A DNA stretch of 64,000 nucleotides from IMG/VR virus record IMGVR_UViG_3300031997_000006, positions 1 to 64,000 of that record; one strand, 5' to 3'. The translations under genes and the position numbers were made by a program. The notes beneath the pieces were generated by a model. That model searched no databases. It saw only the letters and a list, made by a program, of their open reading frames with translations, and was not told the origin of the DNA. Below, piece by piece: positions 29,177-40,331 of this stretch; the first letter of the stretch is position 1, and each line of letters starts with the position of its first letter. This DNA comes from a virus.

Positions 29177-31879
29177 ATGATTACAGATGATTTAACACTT
29201 GTACCAGATGCAGCAATATATAATGCACACGTAGAACCCGGTACTGCATTTCCGAGCTCTCCAACCATCGGTAGAATGTATTATTTAACAACAAATATTA
29301 CAAACTATGATAAAGGCTTGTATATTTATGATGGAGCAACTTGGCAAACAGGTGATATAACCAGTGTTACTGCTGGTTTAGGATTGTCGGGTGGGGGAAC
29401 AAGTGGTGCATTAACATTAGATATTGATGTATCTGAATCAACATCTGGTCATGTATTAACATCAACAGGTTCTTCATCTGCACCTACATGGCAAGCATCC
29501 TCTGGTGGTGGTAATAGTGCTATAGTAACCATACCAGGTGATACAAGTTATTCAAATGTTGGTTTGTTATTGCACTTTATTGGAACTAATGGATCTACTA
29601 ACATTATAGATAGTTCACCAACTCCTAAGACTGTGACAGTTGGTGGACAAGCAGTAATCTCAACCACTCAATCAAAATTTGATGGTTCAGCTTTATATAT
29701 AGATGGAGCATCTGTATCTAAATTGACAGTTCCAGCGTCATCTAACATTGTTTTCGGAACATCTGATTTTACTCTTGAAATGTGGGTGTACCCACTTAGC
29801 TCATACGGATACCGTGGAACGTTTTATCATGATGGTAATACATTCGCTGTAGTGTATGATAATACAGGAGAACGTAAAGTAGATTTTTGGGTTTCTAGTG
29901 AAGCAAAGATCACAGGAACAACAAGTTTATCACTTGGTAATTGGTATCATTTTGCACTTTGTAGATCAGGCTCATCTACAAGAATGTTTATCAATGGTAT
30001 ACAAGAAGGAGCTACGTATACAGACACTAACAATTATACTACATCAGGACCAATATGTATTGCTGAATGGCCATCTTGGTATAGTTTTACAGGTTATCTT
30101 GATGAGCTTCGTATTACTAAGGGTGTTGCAAGATATACATCAAACTTTACACCAGTTGCGTATGCATATCCTAACGGAGTTACAGATGTAACTAATGTTA
30201 CCGCGAATGGTACTATATCTGGATCTAATTTATCTGGCGTAAATACTGGAAATCAAACAATAACACTCACCGGGGATGTGACTGGAACCGGCACTGGTTC
30301 ATTTGCAGCAACATTAGCGAACACCGCAGTAACAGCAGGCTCTTATGGAAGTTCAAGTTTAATACCCGTTATTACTGTTGATTCAAAAGGACGTATTACA
30401 TCTGCATCAGCTACATCAGCCACTGGTGGTGCTCCAGGTGGTACATATAATGTTGTATCATACGAAGATGCAAATTTCGCAAGTGTAGCTTTGTTATTAC
30501 ATTGCGACGGTACAAATGGATCAACAATATTTCTTGACAATAGTACCACCCCAAAAACAGCGAGTGTTCACGGAGCTACTCATATAAGTACCGATCAATA
30601 TGTTTTTGGTGGATCAAGTGCGTATTTTAATGGAACAGAAGATTACTTAAGTTATATAGATAATGTAGATTATCATTTTGGTTCTGGTGATTTTACTATT
30701 GAATTATGGGTTCGAATTACTTCTTTTTCAAATCAAAATGGAATATTAAGTAAGTCTAACATAAATGCTTGGTCTCCTTATAGAATTATTACTAAGAGTG
30801 CAGGTTCAAGCCAAATAGTGTTTCAAGCTGCAAATACCGTAGCTGATGCTTGGGCAGTTACAGGTAATACAGGATTACTGATAGGAACACTATTGGTAGA
30901 TACTTGGGCACACGTAGCTATTTCTAGGTCAGGTAATAGCATAAAAACGTTTTTAAATGGAATTGCTGGAGAGTCTACGACATCAACGTTAAGTCTTTGG
31001 GATAATACAGAGGATTTAACTATAGGCGCCACGGGAGTTAACGGGGGAGGATTTACTTATCTTACAGGTTATATAGATGATGTTCGTTTAACTAAAGGGG
31101 TTGCTCGATATACTACTGATTTTACACCACCTAATGTTGCTAGTGTTAATACTGGTGGAATATCTACCTACACATCATTACAAACTAACAATAATGGAGA
31201 TTTTGGTGGTCCAACTACTTTAATATGGGATAATACAAATAAGTATCTTGGTGTTAATAAAGCAACACCAGCTCAAGCACTTGATGTTGTTGGTAATATA
31301 ACAGCAACTGGTACATTAACATTAGGTACTCCATTAGCGACAACACAAGGTGGTACTGGATTAACTACTTTAGGCACTAGTCTTCAAGTATTAAGAACTA
31401 ATACAGGTGCAACTGGGCTTGAATGGGGAACTGTTTCAAGTGGAGGTGGTAGTTCAGTAACACTTACCGATGATACAACAACTAACGCAACATATTATCC
31501 AACATTTGCAACTGTAAATTCAGGTACATTATCAGCTATTGATGTTGCATCAACAAAGCTTACTTTTAATCCAAGTACCGGTACATTATTTGCAACTAAC
31601 ATGGCAACATCTTCTGATAAAACATTAAAACATAATATATTACCACTTACAAACGGTTTAGATATTATTAATCAATTAAAACCATCTCAATTCAACTGGA
31701 ATGTTAACAATACTCAAGGTTATGGTGTAATTGCTCAAGATTTAGAGAAAGTTATTCCAAGTCTTGTTGAGTATACAGGTGAATATAAATCTGTGAAATA
31801 TATAGAGTTAATTGGATTCTTAATTGCTGCTGTTCAAGATTTATCACAACAAGTAACTGAGTTACAAAATGGATGCTAA
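29177..31879 (+). CDS. Tail fibre with two LamG domains and S74 chaperone
   Basis: Two LLLH...TKGVARYT domains; SDKTLK...GVIAQD. Confidence 0.85.
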   Translation: MITDDLTLVPDAAIYNAHVEPGTAFPSSPTIGRMYYLTTNITNYDKGLYIYDGATWQTGDITSVTAGLGLSGGGTSGALTLDIDVSESTSGHVLTSTGSSSAPTWQASSGGGNSAIVTIPGDTSYSNVGLLLHFIGTNGSTNIIDSSPTPKTVTVGGQAVISTTQSKFDGSALYIDGASVSKLTVPASSNIVFGTSDFTLEMWVYPLSSYGYRGTFYHDGNTFAVVYDNTGERKVDFWVSSEAKITGTTSLSLGNWYHFALCRSGSSTRMFINGIQEGATYTDTNNYTTSGPICIAEWPSWYSFTGYLDELRITKGVARYTSNFTPVAYAYPNGVTDVTNVTANGTISGSNLSGVNTGNQTITLTGDVTGTGTGSFAATLANTAVTAGSYGSSSLIPVITVDSKGRITSASATSATGGAPGGTYNVVSYEDANFASVALLLHCDGTNGSTIFLDNSTTPKTASVHGATHISTDQYVFGGSSAYFNGTEDYLSYIDNVDYHFGSGDFTIELWVRITSFSNQNGILSKSNINAWSPYRIITKSAGSSQIVFQAANTVADAWAVTGNTGLLIGTLLVDTWAHVAISRSGNSIKTFLNGIAGESTTSTLSLWDNTEDLTIGATGVNGGGFTYLTGYIDDVRLTKGVARYTTDFTPPNVASVNTGGISTYTSLQTNNNGDFGGPTTLIWDNTNKYLGVNKATPAQALDVVGNITATGTLTLGTPLATTQGGTGLTTLGTSLQVLRTNTGATGLEWGTVSSGGGSSVTLTDDTTTNATYYPTFATVNSGTLSAIDVASTKLTFNPSTGTLFATNMATSSDKTLKHNILPLTNGLDIINQLKPSQFNWNVNNTQGYGVIAQDLEKVIPSLVEYTGEYKSVKYIELIGFLIAAVQDLSQQVTELQNGC

Positions 31880-31930
31880 TCCTAACATATAAATAAACAA
31901 ATAAACAATTAAATATTCACGGAGAATAAT

Positions 31931-32442
31931 ATGTACGTATTAGTTAAAGACAATAAAGTATTCGCAGGACCAAACGATTGGAATATTAGTTTATTTCAAG
32001 CATATATTGAACAAGATTTTGGATTAACAGTAACATTGCCAACTACCGCTCCAGCTTCTGGTACAGATTTAGGTAATGGTATTATAGCATACATGTAGAA
32101 GCTGAATTATTTTCATTACAAAAAGATAATGGATTAGAAGAACTGAATGATGTTATAAATGTTACTGATTTATCATACCGGCTAAATAATTTAACAGATT
32201 TATTCGCTTGTATTAATCAACTTGATATAATAATCACATCGTGTACATCAATAGCACATATTGCAGCAGCTATGGGAAAAGAAGTATGTGTTATTGTTCC
32301 CATATCGTGTTATTATGTTTGGTGTAACCCAACAGATAAAACTCCATGGTATGGAGATAATGTTCATATATTTTATCAAAAACAACCAAGAAGCTGGATT
32401 GAACCATTAAATCAATTAAAACAATATCTAGGTGAAAAATAA
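31931..32442 (+). pseudogene. Out-of-frame fusion: 55-aa N-terminal ORF (31931-32098) plus start-less GT9-like glycosyltransferase C-terminus (about 32090-32442)
   Basis: Second frame reads LFSLQK...LDIIITSCTSIAHIAAAMGK...TPWY; in-frame stop at 32074 and no ATG before the conserved region. Confidence 0.7.
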
Positions 32443-32498
32443 TGTAGTGTAATTATTACTTCTGATAAATATAATTATACAATAACAGGAGTAATAAT

Positions 32499-35177
32499 AT
32501 GCTAGTAGATAATTTAACCCTTATTACGGATGCAACCATTCATAATGCACATGTTGAAATAGGCACTACATTCCCTAATTCACCTACAATAGGTAGAATG
32601 TTTTATTTATCTGCAGATATAGAAGATCCATCATTTGATAAAGGTTTATACATTTATGATGGTACTGAGTGGCAATCAGGTGATATAACTGGTATTATCG
32701 CAGGTACAGGTTTAACTGGTGGAGGACTTAGTGGAACTGTAACGTTAAATATTGATCCAGATGCAATTTTACCATCACAATCAAATAATACAGGCAAATA
32801 TTTAACAACTAACGGAACTAGTCCTAGTTGGGGAGTAGTAACAGAGACATCACCAGGTGGTACATACACCAGTACTGGTGATGCAAATTATGCAAATGTG
32901 TCTTTATTACTTCACGGTGATGGAGAAAATAATGCCTTTGTTTTTACAGATAATGCCTTTACTCCAAAAACAATACTATCTTCTGGTGGAACGTGTATTA
33001 GCACTACTCAAAGCAAATTTGGAGGATCAAGTTTATACAATAATGCAAATGCTGGATATTTATATTCTAATGGAGCTAGTGATTTCGCATTCGGTACTGG
33101 TAATTTTACAGTTGAATTCTGGTTTAAACTCGATAGTCTCACTGGTTACAATACACATTTATTTCATACAGGAGGAGTTGGGGATTTTTCAATAGTAGTA
33201 GATACAACCGGTGAAAGAAAAATATCTATACTGTTTAATGGATGGCAGACTGGGACTACTGCTATTGGATATAGTGGTGCTTGGTATCATCTTGCTGTTT
33301 GTAGAGTTGGAACAACTGTTACGATGTATTTAAATGGAACTCAAGACCTTCAATATACTGGAGACAACACTAATTATACAGTGGCTAATGCAGGTCCTTA
33401 TATTATGGGTTATCCAGCTTCATATGGTTTTATAGGGTATTTAGATGATATAAGAATAACAAAGGGTGTTGCAAGATATACCGCAAACTTTACTCCACCT
33501 ATTAATGCATTTCCTAATAATAGTATTATAGCTTATGAATCTATTCAACTTAATAATAATGGAAGTTTTGGTGGGTTATCAACTTTTATTTTTGATACTA
33601 CCAATAATTATCTTGGTGTTAATAAAGCAACACCAACTCAAGCACTTGATGTAGTTGGTAATATAGCAGCAACCGGTACTATAACAGCAACTGGTGTTAT
33701 AACTGGATCTAATATATCTGGTACTAACACTGGAAATCAAACTATAACACTTACTGGTGATGTAACTGGATCAGGTACTGGTTCATTTTCAACTACGCTT
33801 GCAAATTCAGGTGTTTCTGCTAATACATATAAATCAGTAACTGTTGATATAAAAGGTCGAGTTACTGCAGGTACCAATCCAACAACATTAGATGGTTATG
33901 GTATTACTGATGCGGCTCCATCGAGTCATTTAACAGATTACACTTTACATTTAACTTCAGGGCAAAATACTTGGATTGATGCTATTACAGCAACATCTGC
34001 AGAAGTTAATTATTCAGTAGGTGTAACATCACTAATACAAACACAATTTGGTGGTAAATTAAACTTAACCGGTGGATCAATGACTGGTAGTATTGTTATT
34101 CCAACTGGAGCACATATTACCGTAACTGATGCTCCATCTAGCGGTACTGATGCAGTAAATAGAAATTATGTAGACTCTAATATAGCTGGATTAAGTTGGA
34201 AAAACGCTGTTAAAGCTGCATCAATTGAAGATATTGATTTAACAACTGGTGGTTTGTTAACAATTGATACTGTTGTACTACTATCTGGTAATCGAGTTTT
34301 AGTTAAAAATCAAGCATTACCGGAACAAAACGGTATTTACGTAGCCGCTGCAGGTGCTTGGTCAAGATCTACTGATATGGATCAGACAACACCTATAAAT
34401 GAAATAAATTCTGCTGCAGTATTTGTTGAAAAAGGTTATGTTAATGCAGATTATGGTTGGACTCAAGTTAATAATATAACAACATTAGGTGATGATCCTA
34501 TTTTATTTACTCAGTTCAATGGAGCTGCAAATATAACGGCCGGTATTGGTTTATTAAAAACTGGTAATGTACTAGATATAAATTTAGGAGCCGGTATTGT
34601 TCAATTACCAACTGATGAGGTAGGTGTTGATCTTTATTCAACTGGTGGATTAATGACTACAGTTGACGGTACTGCTAGTTCTACTTCAACAAATTCACAG
34701 TTATCATTAACAAAAGTTGGAACAGCAGGTACATATAAATCAGTTACCACAGATGCATATGGAAGAATAACAGCAGGTACTAATCCAACATCTTTATCCG
34801 GATATGGAATTACTGATGCAGCACCAATAGCAAGTCCAACATTTACTGGAACACCTACATTACCTACAGGTACAATTGCAACTACACAAACTGCTGGAAA
34901 TAATACAACAGCGGTTGCAACTACTGCGTTTGTAACAACAGCAGTAACAACTGTTGGATATCAATTTTTTACTGCAACTGCTAGTCAAACAGCATTTACT
35001 TTCACTAATTTTACAAATGTAACTGGAACTCATAGATTACAAGTATTTGTCGATGGTGTTAAACAAATAGAGCCGGGTAATGGGGCAGCTTCGTCATATG
35101 CAGAAACAAGTTCTACTATTATAACGTTTGTTGCTGGATTAGACGTCGGTCAATATGTAGAGTGTTATTTTAGATAA
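32499..35177 (+). CDS. Tail fibre with LamG domain
   Basis: N-terminus shared with 29177; LamG; RVLVKNQ..NGIY domain shared with 11819. Confidence 0.85.
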   Translation: MLVDNLTLITDATIHNAHVEIGTTFPNSPTIGRMFYLSADIEDPSFDKGLYIYDGTEWQSGDITGIIAGTGLTGGGLSGTVTLNIDPDAILPSQSNNTGKYLTTNGTSPSWGVVTETSPGGTYTSTGDANYANVSLLLHGDGENNAFVFTDNAFTPKTILSSGGTCISTTQSKFGGSSLYNNANAGYLYSNGASDFAFGTGNFTVEFWFKLDSLTGYNTHLFHTGGVGDFSIVVDTTGERKISILFNGWQTGTTAIGYSGAWYHLAVCRVGTTVTMYLNGTQDLQYTGDNTNYTVANAGPYIMGYPASYGFIGYLDDIRITKGVARYTANFTPPINAFPNNSIIAYESIQLNNNGSFGGLSTFIFDTTNNYLGVNKATPTQALDVVGNIAATGTITATGVITGSNISGTNTGNQTITLTGDVTGSGTGSFSTTLANSGVSANTYKSVTVDIKGRVTAGTNPTTLDGYGITDAAPSSHLTDYTLHLTSGQNTWIDAITATSAEVNYSVGVTSLIQTQFGGKLNLTGGSMTGSIVIPTGAHITVTDAPSSGTDAVNRNYVDSNIAGLSWKNAVKAASIEDIDLTTGGLLTIDTVVLLSGNRVLVKNQALPEQNGIYVAAAGAWSRSTDMDQTTPINEINSAAVFVEKGYVNADYGWTQVNNITTLGDDPILFTQFNGAANITAGIGLLKTGNVLDINLGAGIVQLPTDEVGVDLYSTGGLMTTVDGTASSTSTNSQLSLTKVGTAGTYKSVTTDAYGRITAGTNPTSLSGYGITDAAPIASPTFTGTPTLPTGTIATTQTAGNNTTAVATTAFVTTAVTTVGYQFFTATASQTAFTFTNFTNVTGTHRLQVFVDGVKQIEPGNGAASSYAETSSTIITFVAGLDVGQYVECYFR

Positions 35178-35187
35178 CACATAAAAA

Positions 35188-35246
35188 TCAACGCATAGCT
35201 CATTATTGCAGTATGCGTTGATCATTTATTATAAATCATATATAAT
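35188..35246 (+). promoter_or_regulatory. Hairpin/terminator overlapping a sigma70-like promoter
   Basis: ATCAACGCATA..TATGCGTTGAT; TTGATC(35218)-17-TATAAT(35241). Confidence 0.65.
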
Positions 35247-35273
35247 ATGATATCAAACGGATGATATTATATT

Positions 35274-35741
35274 ATGAAAATACAAGAATACAAATTAGAT
35301 ATTTTTAATTGTCTATCACAAATTAATAAAAAAAATATTCATTTTTACGATAATCTACCAGAAGAAAATAAAAAAGGTTTTTTACCACTTATCGTTATGC
35401 GATGGTTATATAGATCTCCTCATGAGCTCCAAGTAATATTATTAAATCAAATTGTTAATCCGTATATTTTTTCGTTAGGTAAACATCCTAGATTAATATA
35501 TAAATTAATGACAACAACTGCTGTTCAAGCAAATACAAATTATATTTGGAAATCAAAAAAACAAGAAATTAATTTACCAATGACATTGAGAATTATCGCT
35601 AAATTCTATAATATTTCAAAACGAGAAGCAAAATTACATTTAGATAGTTTTACATCAGAAGATATTTTTAGTATGGGAGAAGATATAGGAATGCAAATCG
35701 AGGATCTTAAAAAATTAAAACAAGAATTAAAAAAAATATAA
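35274..35741 (+). CDS. Clamp loader small subunit, gp62-like
   Basis: KKGF.P.I.MRW, HP.L, FYNISKREA pattern. Confidence 0.6.
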   Translation: MKIQEYKLDIFNCLSQINKKNIHFYDNLPEENKKGFLPLIVMRWLYRSPHELQVILLNQIVNPYIFSLGKHPRLIYKLMTTTAVQANTNYIWKSKKQEINLPMTLRIIAKFYNISKREAKLHLDSFTSEDIFSMGEDIGMQIEDLKKLKQELKKI

Positions 35742-35742
35742 T

Positions 35743-36414
35743 ATGTTTTATCAATGCTCATATTGTGACGCAATATTTAAATCTAGTGTTAGGTTTTTAA
35801 AACATAATTGTAAAGAAAAACAACGAACTGAAGAAGTAAAAACTACAACTGGACAAATTGCATATGGATTTTATAATAAATGGGTAAAAATACAATACGG
35901 TAAAATAAGTAATATTGAGACGTTTATGTTGTCTCGATACTATAACGCATTTATTAACTTTGCAACATTTATTAAAAAAATTAAAGGGTTAGCCGATCCT
36001 GATTTGTTTATAAAATTAATGATTCATAACAACTTTCCACCAATTATGTGGTGTAATCCAAAAGTGTATATTAAATATATTACTTATATGGAAAGTACGA
36101 CTACTACAATTGAAAAAATAACAATAACATTAAAGACGTTAGAAAATATTGCAGAAAAAAATGACTGTGAATTATCGGATGTATTTAAGTATATTTGTAT
36201 GTTTGATTTAATACAACTTATTTACACGCAAAAGTTATCACCATGGGTATTATTACCAAGTAAAAAATTTATAACTTATGTTATGTTGTTAACAGAAGAA
36301 GAACAAATTATATTAGATGATACAATAAATGCAAAAATATGGAAACAAATTTTTGACGCTGATCCTAAGTCAGTAAAGATTATTAGAAAATGTCTTAAAC
36401 AATTATTACTATAA
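35743..36414 (+). CDS. Hypothetical protein with N-terminal zinc finger
   Basis: CSYC..F......HNC; LSPW. Confidence 0.6.
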   Translation: MFYQCSYCDAIFKSSVRFLKHNCKEKQRTEEVKTTTGQIAYGFYNKWVKIQYGKISNIETFMLSRYYNAFINFATFIKKIKGLADPDLFIKLMIHNNFPPIMWCNPKVYIKYITYMESTTTTIEKITITLKTLENIAEKNDCELSDVFKYICMFDLIQLIYTQKLSPWVLLPSKKFITYVMLLTEEEQIILDDTINAKIWKQIFDADPKSVKIIRKCLKQLLL

Positions 36415-36467
36415 TAATCTAACTTGATAAATAATAACATATACTATATAAAGAGGTTTTTGTTATT

Positions 36468-37340
36468 ATGTCATCAGATTATACTTTTAATTTTACTGAT
36501 CCTACTGTAGATTCAATATTGGTCCCAACATATCATGTTGATGGGCCAGTTACTCCTATAACTAATACAGCTGTCGATCATATATCAAATCTTATACATT
36601 ACCCAATAACAACAACTTCACCGACTACTACATTAGTATTAGTTGGTAAAGGTGTTGCAGATTATGGTGAAACAATTCAACAAAATTTATTATATATGTT
36701 AGAACATTTTGCTAATGGTGTTGCTCCAATTAACCCATTAATTGGACAATTATGGTTTAACAAAAATCTAAATGTATTAAATGTGTATACTTCAAATAAT
36801 ACCTGGGTATCGTTATTCAATAGTACTGGTGGGGTAGTTTCTGGACCGATTGCATTAACTGGACTAATTACTGATAATAATCATGCTACAACTAAATTAT
36901 ATGTTGATACTATGTTTAACTCAATAGATACTAATTTACAATTAAGTAGTAGTTATAATGAAGTGAATGGAAATTTAGAAATACAAGTAGGTAATGTTAA
37001 TTCAGCAAATAATACAACAGTATATATACCACCAGTATCAGAGTTAGCAATATTAGCTCAATATAACGAATTTAACGAAGAGTTAACAGTATCATTATCA
37101 AACGGGCAACACTCGATAGTAAAAATCACAAAACCTACTATTGCTCGAACAAAAATTATATCCGCAGGTGAATCGATATTTTTTATACCTGAATATATAG
37201 TTAATAGTAATAGATTATGGATATTTGTTAATGGAGTTAAACAAATTTTAGATGATGATTATATTGAAACAGATAGTACAACTGTAACGTTTACACTACC
37301 ACAAGCTGTTGGTGTGAAGTTAGAATTTTTGTATATATAA
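36468..37340 (+). CDS. Baseplate/tail structural protein
   Basis: LVGKG..YGE..Q.LL..LEHF...P..GQLW motif, shared with next two genes. Confidence 0.7.
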   Translation: MSSDYTFNFTDPTVDSILVPTYHVDGPVTPITNTAVDHISNLIHYPITTTSPTTTLVLVGKGVADYGETIQQNLLYMLEHFANGVAPINPLIGQLWFNKNLNVLNVYTSNNTWVSLFNSTGGVVSGPIALTGLITDNNHATTKLYVDTMFNSIDTNLQLSSSYNEVNGNLEIQVGNVNSANNTTVYIPPVSELAILAQYNEFNEELTVSLSNGQHSIVKITKPTIARTKIISAGESIFFIPEYIVNSNRLWIFVNGVKQILDDDYIETDSTTVTFTLPQAVGVKLEFLYI

Positions 37341-37353
37341 AAAGGAGATTTAA

Positions 37354-37800
37354 ATGGCGAATGAATATATTTTACATTATACAAAAGATGCGTTAAAAGC
37401 ACCATTACATATACATCCTAGAACAATTGATCGTGCGTCATCTTCGATTATATTAGTTGGAAAAGGAGTACAGAATTATGGTGACGAGATACAAGAAAGT
37501 TTATTACATATACTTGAACATTTCTGTAGTGATATTTCACCTACAGCTCCAACGGAAGGTCAATTATGGTATGATTCTCATAATAAAATCATAAAAGTAT
37601 GCACTGGATTTTTATATAATTCATCAATACCACCGAATAATATAGCTGACCCTAATGATCCACATTATTTAAGGGACATTAATGGAATTCGAGTACCTAA
37701 ATGGAGTAATTTAGTCGGTTCAAATGGATTAGGAAATAAAACAATATCAACTAATCCTCCTTCAGGTGGAGTTGATGGTGATATATGGTATCAGGTATAA
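37354..37800 (+). CDS. Baseplate/tail structural protein
   Basis: Same motif; PSGG.DGDIWYQ end. Confidence 0.7.
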   Translation: MANEYILHYTKDALKAPLHIHPRTIDRASSSIILVGKGVQNYGDEIQESLLHILEHFCSDISPTAPTEGQLWYDSHNKIIKVCTGFLYNSSIPPNNIADPNDPHYLRDINGIRVPKWSNLVGSNGLGNKTISTNPPSGGVDGDIWYQV

Positions 37801-37803
37801 ACT

Positions 37804-37944
37804 ATGAAACATATATATGTAAGAAATAATAATAGTAATAATCCAGTTCAACACACATACGTACATACAGCTGGATATTGGGTATCGGTTGTTTCAGTAT
37901 GGGTAAAACAAAATGGAACATGGATACAAGTTTTCATAAATTAA
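37804..37944 (+). CDS. Small tail-associated protein (46 aa, not in ORF track)
   Basis: MKHIYV...WVKQNGTW. Confidence 0.5.
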   Translation: MKHIYVRNNNSNNPVQHTYVHTAGYWVSVVSVWVKQNGTWIQVFIN

Positions 37945-38015
37945 ATAAGTTTTAATAAATATAAAATAATACCGTAAAAATTACGTGAAGCGGCACGATT
38001 AAGGAGAATATCAAC

Positions 38016-39542
38016 ATGGCTAGTGAATATATAATTAATTACTCAAGTGATGTATTAAAAGATGCATTCACAATTTTACCAAGAACAGTCAACAATACTA
38101 CATCATTAGTATTATATGGAAAAGGTGCACCTAGCTACGGTGAAGGATTACAAGAAGATTTAATACATTTATTAGAAAATTTTTGTAGTGATACTGCACC
38201 AGCTCGTCCTACTATTGGACAATTATGGTATCATAATAGTGCTTCAGTCTTAAGTATTTGTACAAGTATTACTCCGGACACATGGAAAGTTATTGGTATT
38301 CAAACAAGTGATATTGCACCTGTCGGTATTGAAGTTGGAGCTCTGTGGTTTGATATAGGTGAAGGTATATTAAATTATTGGGATGGAACAAAATGGGTAC
38401 CTTTAGGTAGTTCTAGCGCAACCGGTGGAATTCCACCTTCGGGTCCTAAAATTGGACAATTGTGGGTAGATACCAGTATAGGTGTATTAAAATATTGGAG
38501 TGGAATACAATGGATATCGGTAGGTACTAATGATGAACAGACTGATTATGTTGCAGCAATTATGTTACTTTTATCTCCAGTTAGAGCAGGTTATTTAAGT
38601 ACAGTAACATCAAATGTACAAGATCAGCTTGATGCACTATTTGGTGATATAACTAATATACAAGATCAACTTGAACTATTAGATACATGTGCTACTGCAG
38701 TAGCTGGTAAAGTAAGTAAAATCGGTGATACTATGACAGGATATTTATTCTTACATGCTGATCCGCTTTTAAATATGCAAGCCACTACTAAAAGATATGT
38801 TGATCTAGCAATATTTAATGCACTTAAACAGATTGGTGGATCAAATAGTAGTAATCAACAACATCAAATCGTAGTGCTCGCTACTATTAATGCACAAACA
38901 ATTTTTACACTCCCTACCGCTCCTACTGCAGCGCATGTTGTATATGTTTCTGGGGTTGAACAATCATTAACTAATTATACTTTAGTTGGAAAGATATTAA
39001 CATTATCTGTTGGTGTTATGAGTGGGACTGAAATTATGATTGACTATTACGATTTAAATGGTTCTCCTAACGGTGTATCTGCTATGCATATACAAACACA
39101 AGATACAATTGCTAATCAAACTGTATTAAATATAACTATCCCATATATAATGGGAAATAATAGTTTAATGGTATTTTGTCATGGTATTAAACAACAAATA
39201 ACAAATGCATACACAGAAACATCAACAACATCAATTACGTTTACTGTTCCATTAGATGTTGATACAGAAATTACTACTATTTCATATGCACTTATAGGTG
39301 ATGCTGCAATACAAAAGAATTCATTTATAGCAACAGCTGGTCAAACTGTTTTACCAATTGTCCCTATATATCATCATACAAACAATCCATCAGATCCGTT
39401 AAATGTTGATGTTATGGTGCATGTTGCAGGTGTAACACAAGGATTAACTGAATATACTGAAACAAATGGTTCATCGATAATTTTATCGAGTGGTGTAGCA
39501 GCTGGTACACCTATTGAAGTTTACGTATTTAATATAAACTAA
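38016..39542 (+). CDS. Baseplate/tail structural protein
   Basis: Same N-terminal motif, GxLW repeats, V.V.G..Q..Y repeats. Confidence 0.7.
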   Translation: MASEYIINYSSDVLKDAFTILPRTVNNTTSLVLYGKGAPSYGEGLQEDLIHLLENFCSDTAPARPTIGQLWYHNSASVLSICTSITPDTWKVIGIQTSDIAPVGIEVGALWFDIGEGILNYWDGTKWVPLGSSSATGGIPPSGPKIGQLWVDTSIGVLKYWSGIQWISVGTNDEQTDYVAAIMLLLSPVRAGYLSTVTSNVQDQLDALFGDITNIQDQLELLDTCATAVAGKVSKIGDTMTGYLFLHADPLLNMQATTKRYVDLAIFNALKQIGGSNSSNQQHQIVVLATINAQTIFTLPTAPTAAHVVYVSGVEQSLTNYTLVGKILTLSVGVMSGTEIMIDYYDLNGSPNGVSAMHIQTQDTIANQTVLNITIPYIMGNNSLMVFCHGIKQQITNAYTETSTTSITFTVPLDVDTEITTISYALIGDAAIQKNSFIATAGQTVLPIVPIYHHTNNPSDPLNVDVMVHVAGVTQGLTEYTETNGSSIILSSGVAAGTPIEVYVFNIN

Positions 39543-39588
39543 TGTAACGAGATAAAAGGATACAAATATATAAATTAATTAAATATAT

Positions 39589-40323
39589 ATGAGTATTATA
39601 CAAGCTCATCAATTAGATATTGGTGTACATCCAGGTCAAGTTCCAGTATTTTCTAATATTGGAACTTTACCTTTAGGTGCTGATCCTGTTAATGAATTAG
39701 ACGCGGTTACATTACGGTTTTTAAATCAATATGTAGCACAAATAAAAGCAAGTTCAACAAATCTCGATTTAAGTAATATACATCACGAACTCACGAATTT
39801 ACAAAGTCAAATAAGCGATATTAATATTGTAACTAATATTGATTTTATTAAACAAGTTGATACACTTCAAGAGAAATTAACAGAACTTGAAAGTATTATC
39901 TTTAATATTCGATTAGAGTTAACTGGACCTCCAATGCCTGGGGATTTACCTACGTATAAGACATACATTAAAACGACAATTAATAAGTTGGTATCAAATG
40001 TAAGAGCAAAATACATATCTGATACGTTAGGTCAAAGTGAGGTTTATAGAGAAAAAGTTGATCAAGCTATTGATTATGTGTTACAGCGAGAAACAGTTGA
40101 TATTGCGTTATATCCATTAGTTCGAATTGATGCTGAAGTATTTGATATAACATATTACGAAGCAGCTGAAAATATTATACAACAAAAGAAAGTATGGATG
40201 CAGCATACTTGTCGTATTGAAAAATTAAGATTGATTGTGAAAAGAGAAGTTGATTTAGCTCCATCTATAGATTATATTAATAAATTAATTGAGCAATTTA
40301 TTATAGATTTAGAATTAATATAA
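39589..40323 (+). CDS. Tail-associated protein, possible fibre assembly factor
   Basis: Coiled coil plus R.KY....GQ..VY.EK C-domain. Confidence 0.5.
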   Translation: MSIIQAHQLDIGVHPGQVPVFSNIGTLPLGADPVNELDAVTLRFLNQYVAQIKASSTNLDLSNIHHELTNLQSQISDINIVTNIDFIKQVDTLQEKLTELESIIFNIRLELTGPPMPGDLPTYKTYIKTTINKLVSNVRAKYISDTLGQSEVYREKVDQAIDYVLQRETVDIALYPLVRIDAEVFDITYYEAAENIIQQKKVWMQHTCRIEKLRLIVKREVDLAPSIDYINKLIEQFIIDLELI

Positions 40324-40331
40324 AAAAAATT

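Noticed and set aside
11819-35177. Diversity-generating retroelement or invertase shufflon acting on fibres
   Set aside because: No reverse transcriptase or recombinase in the window, repeats are direct, and differences are not adenine-specific.
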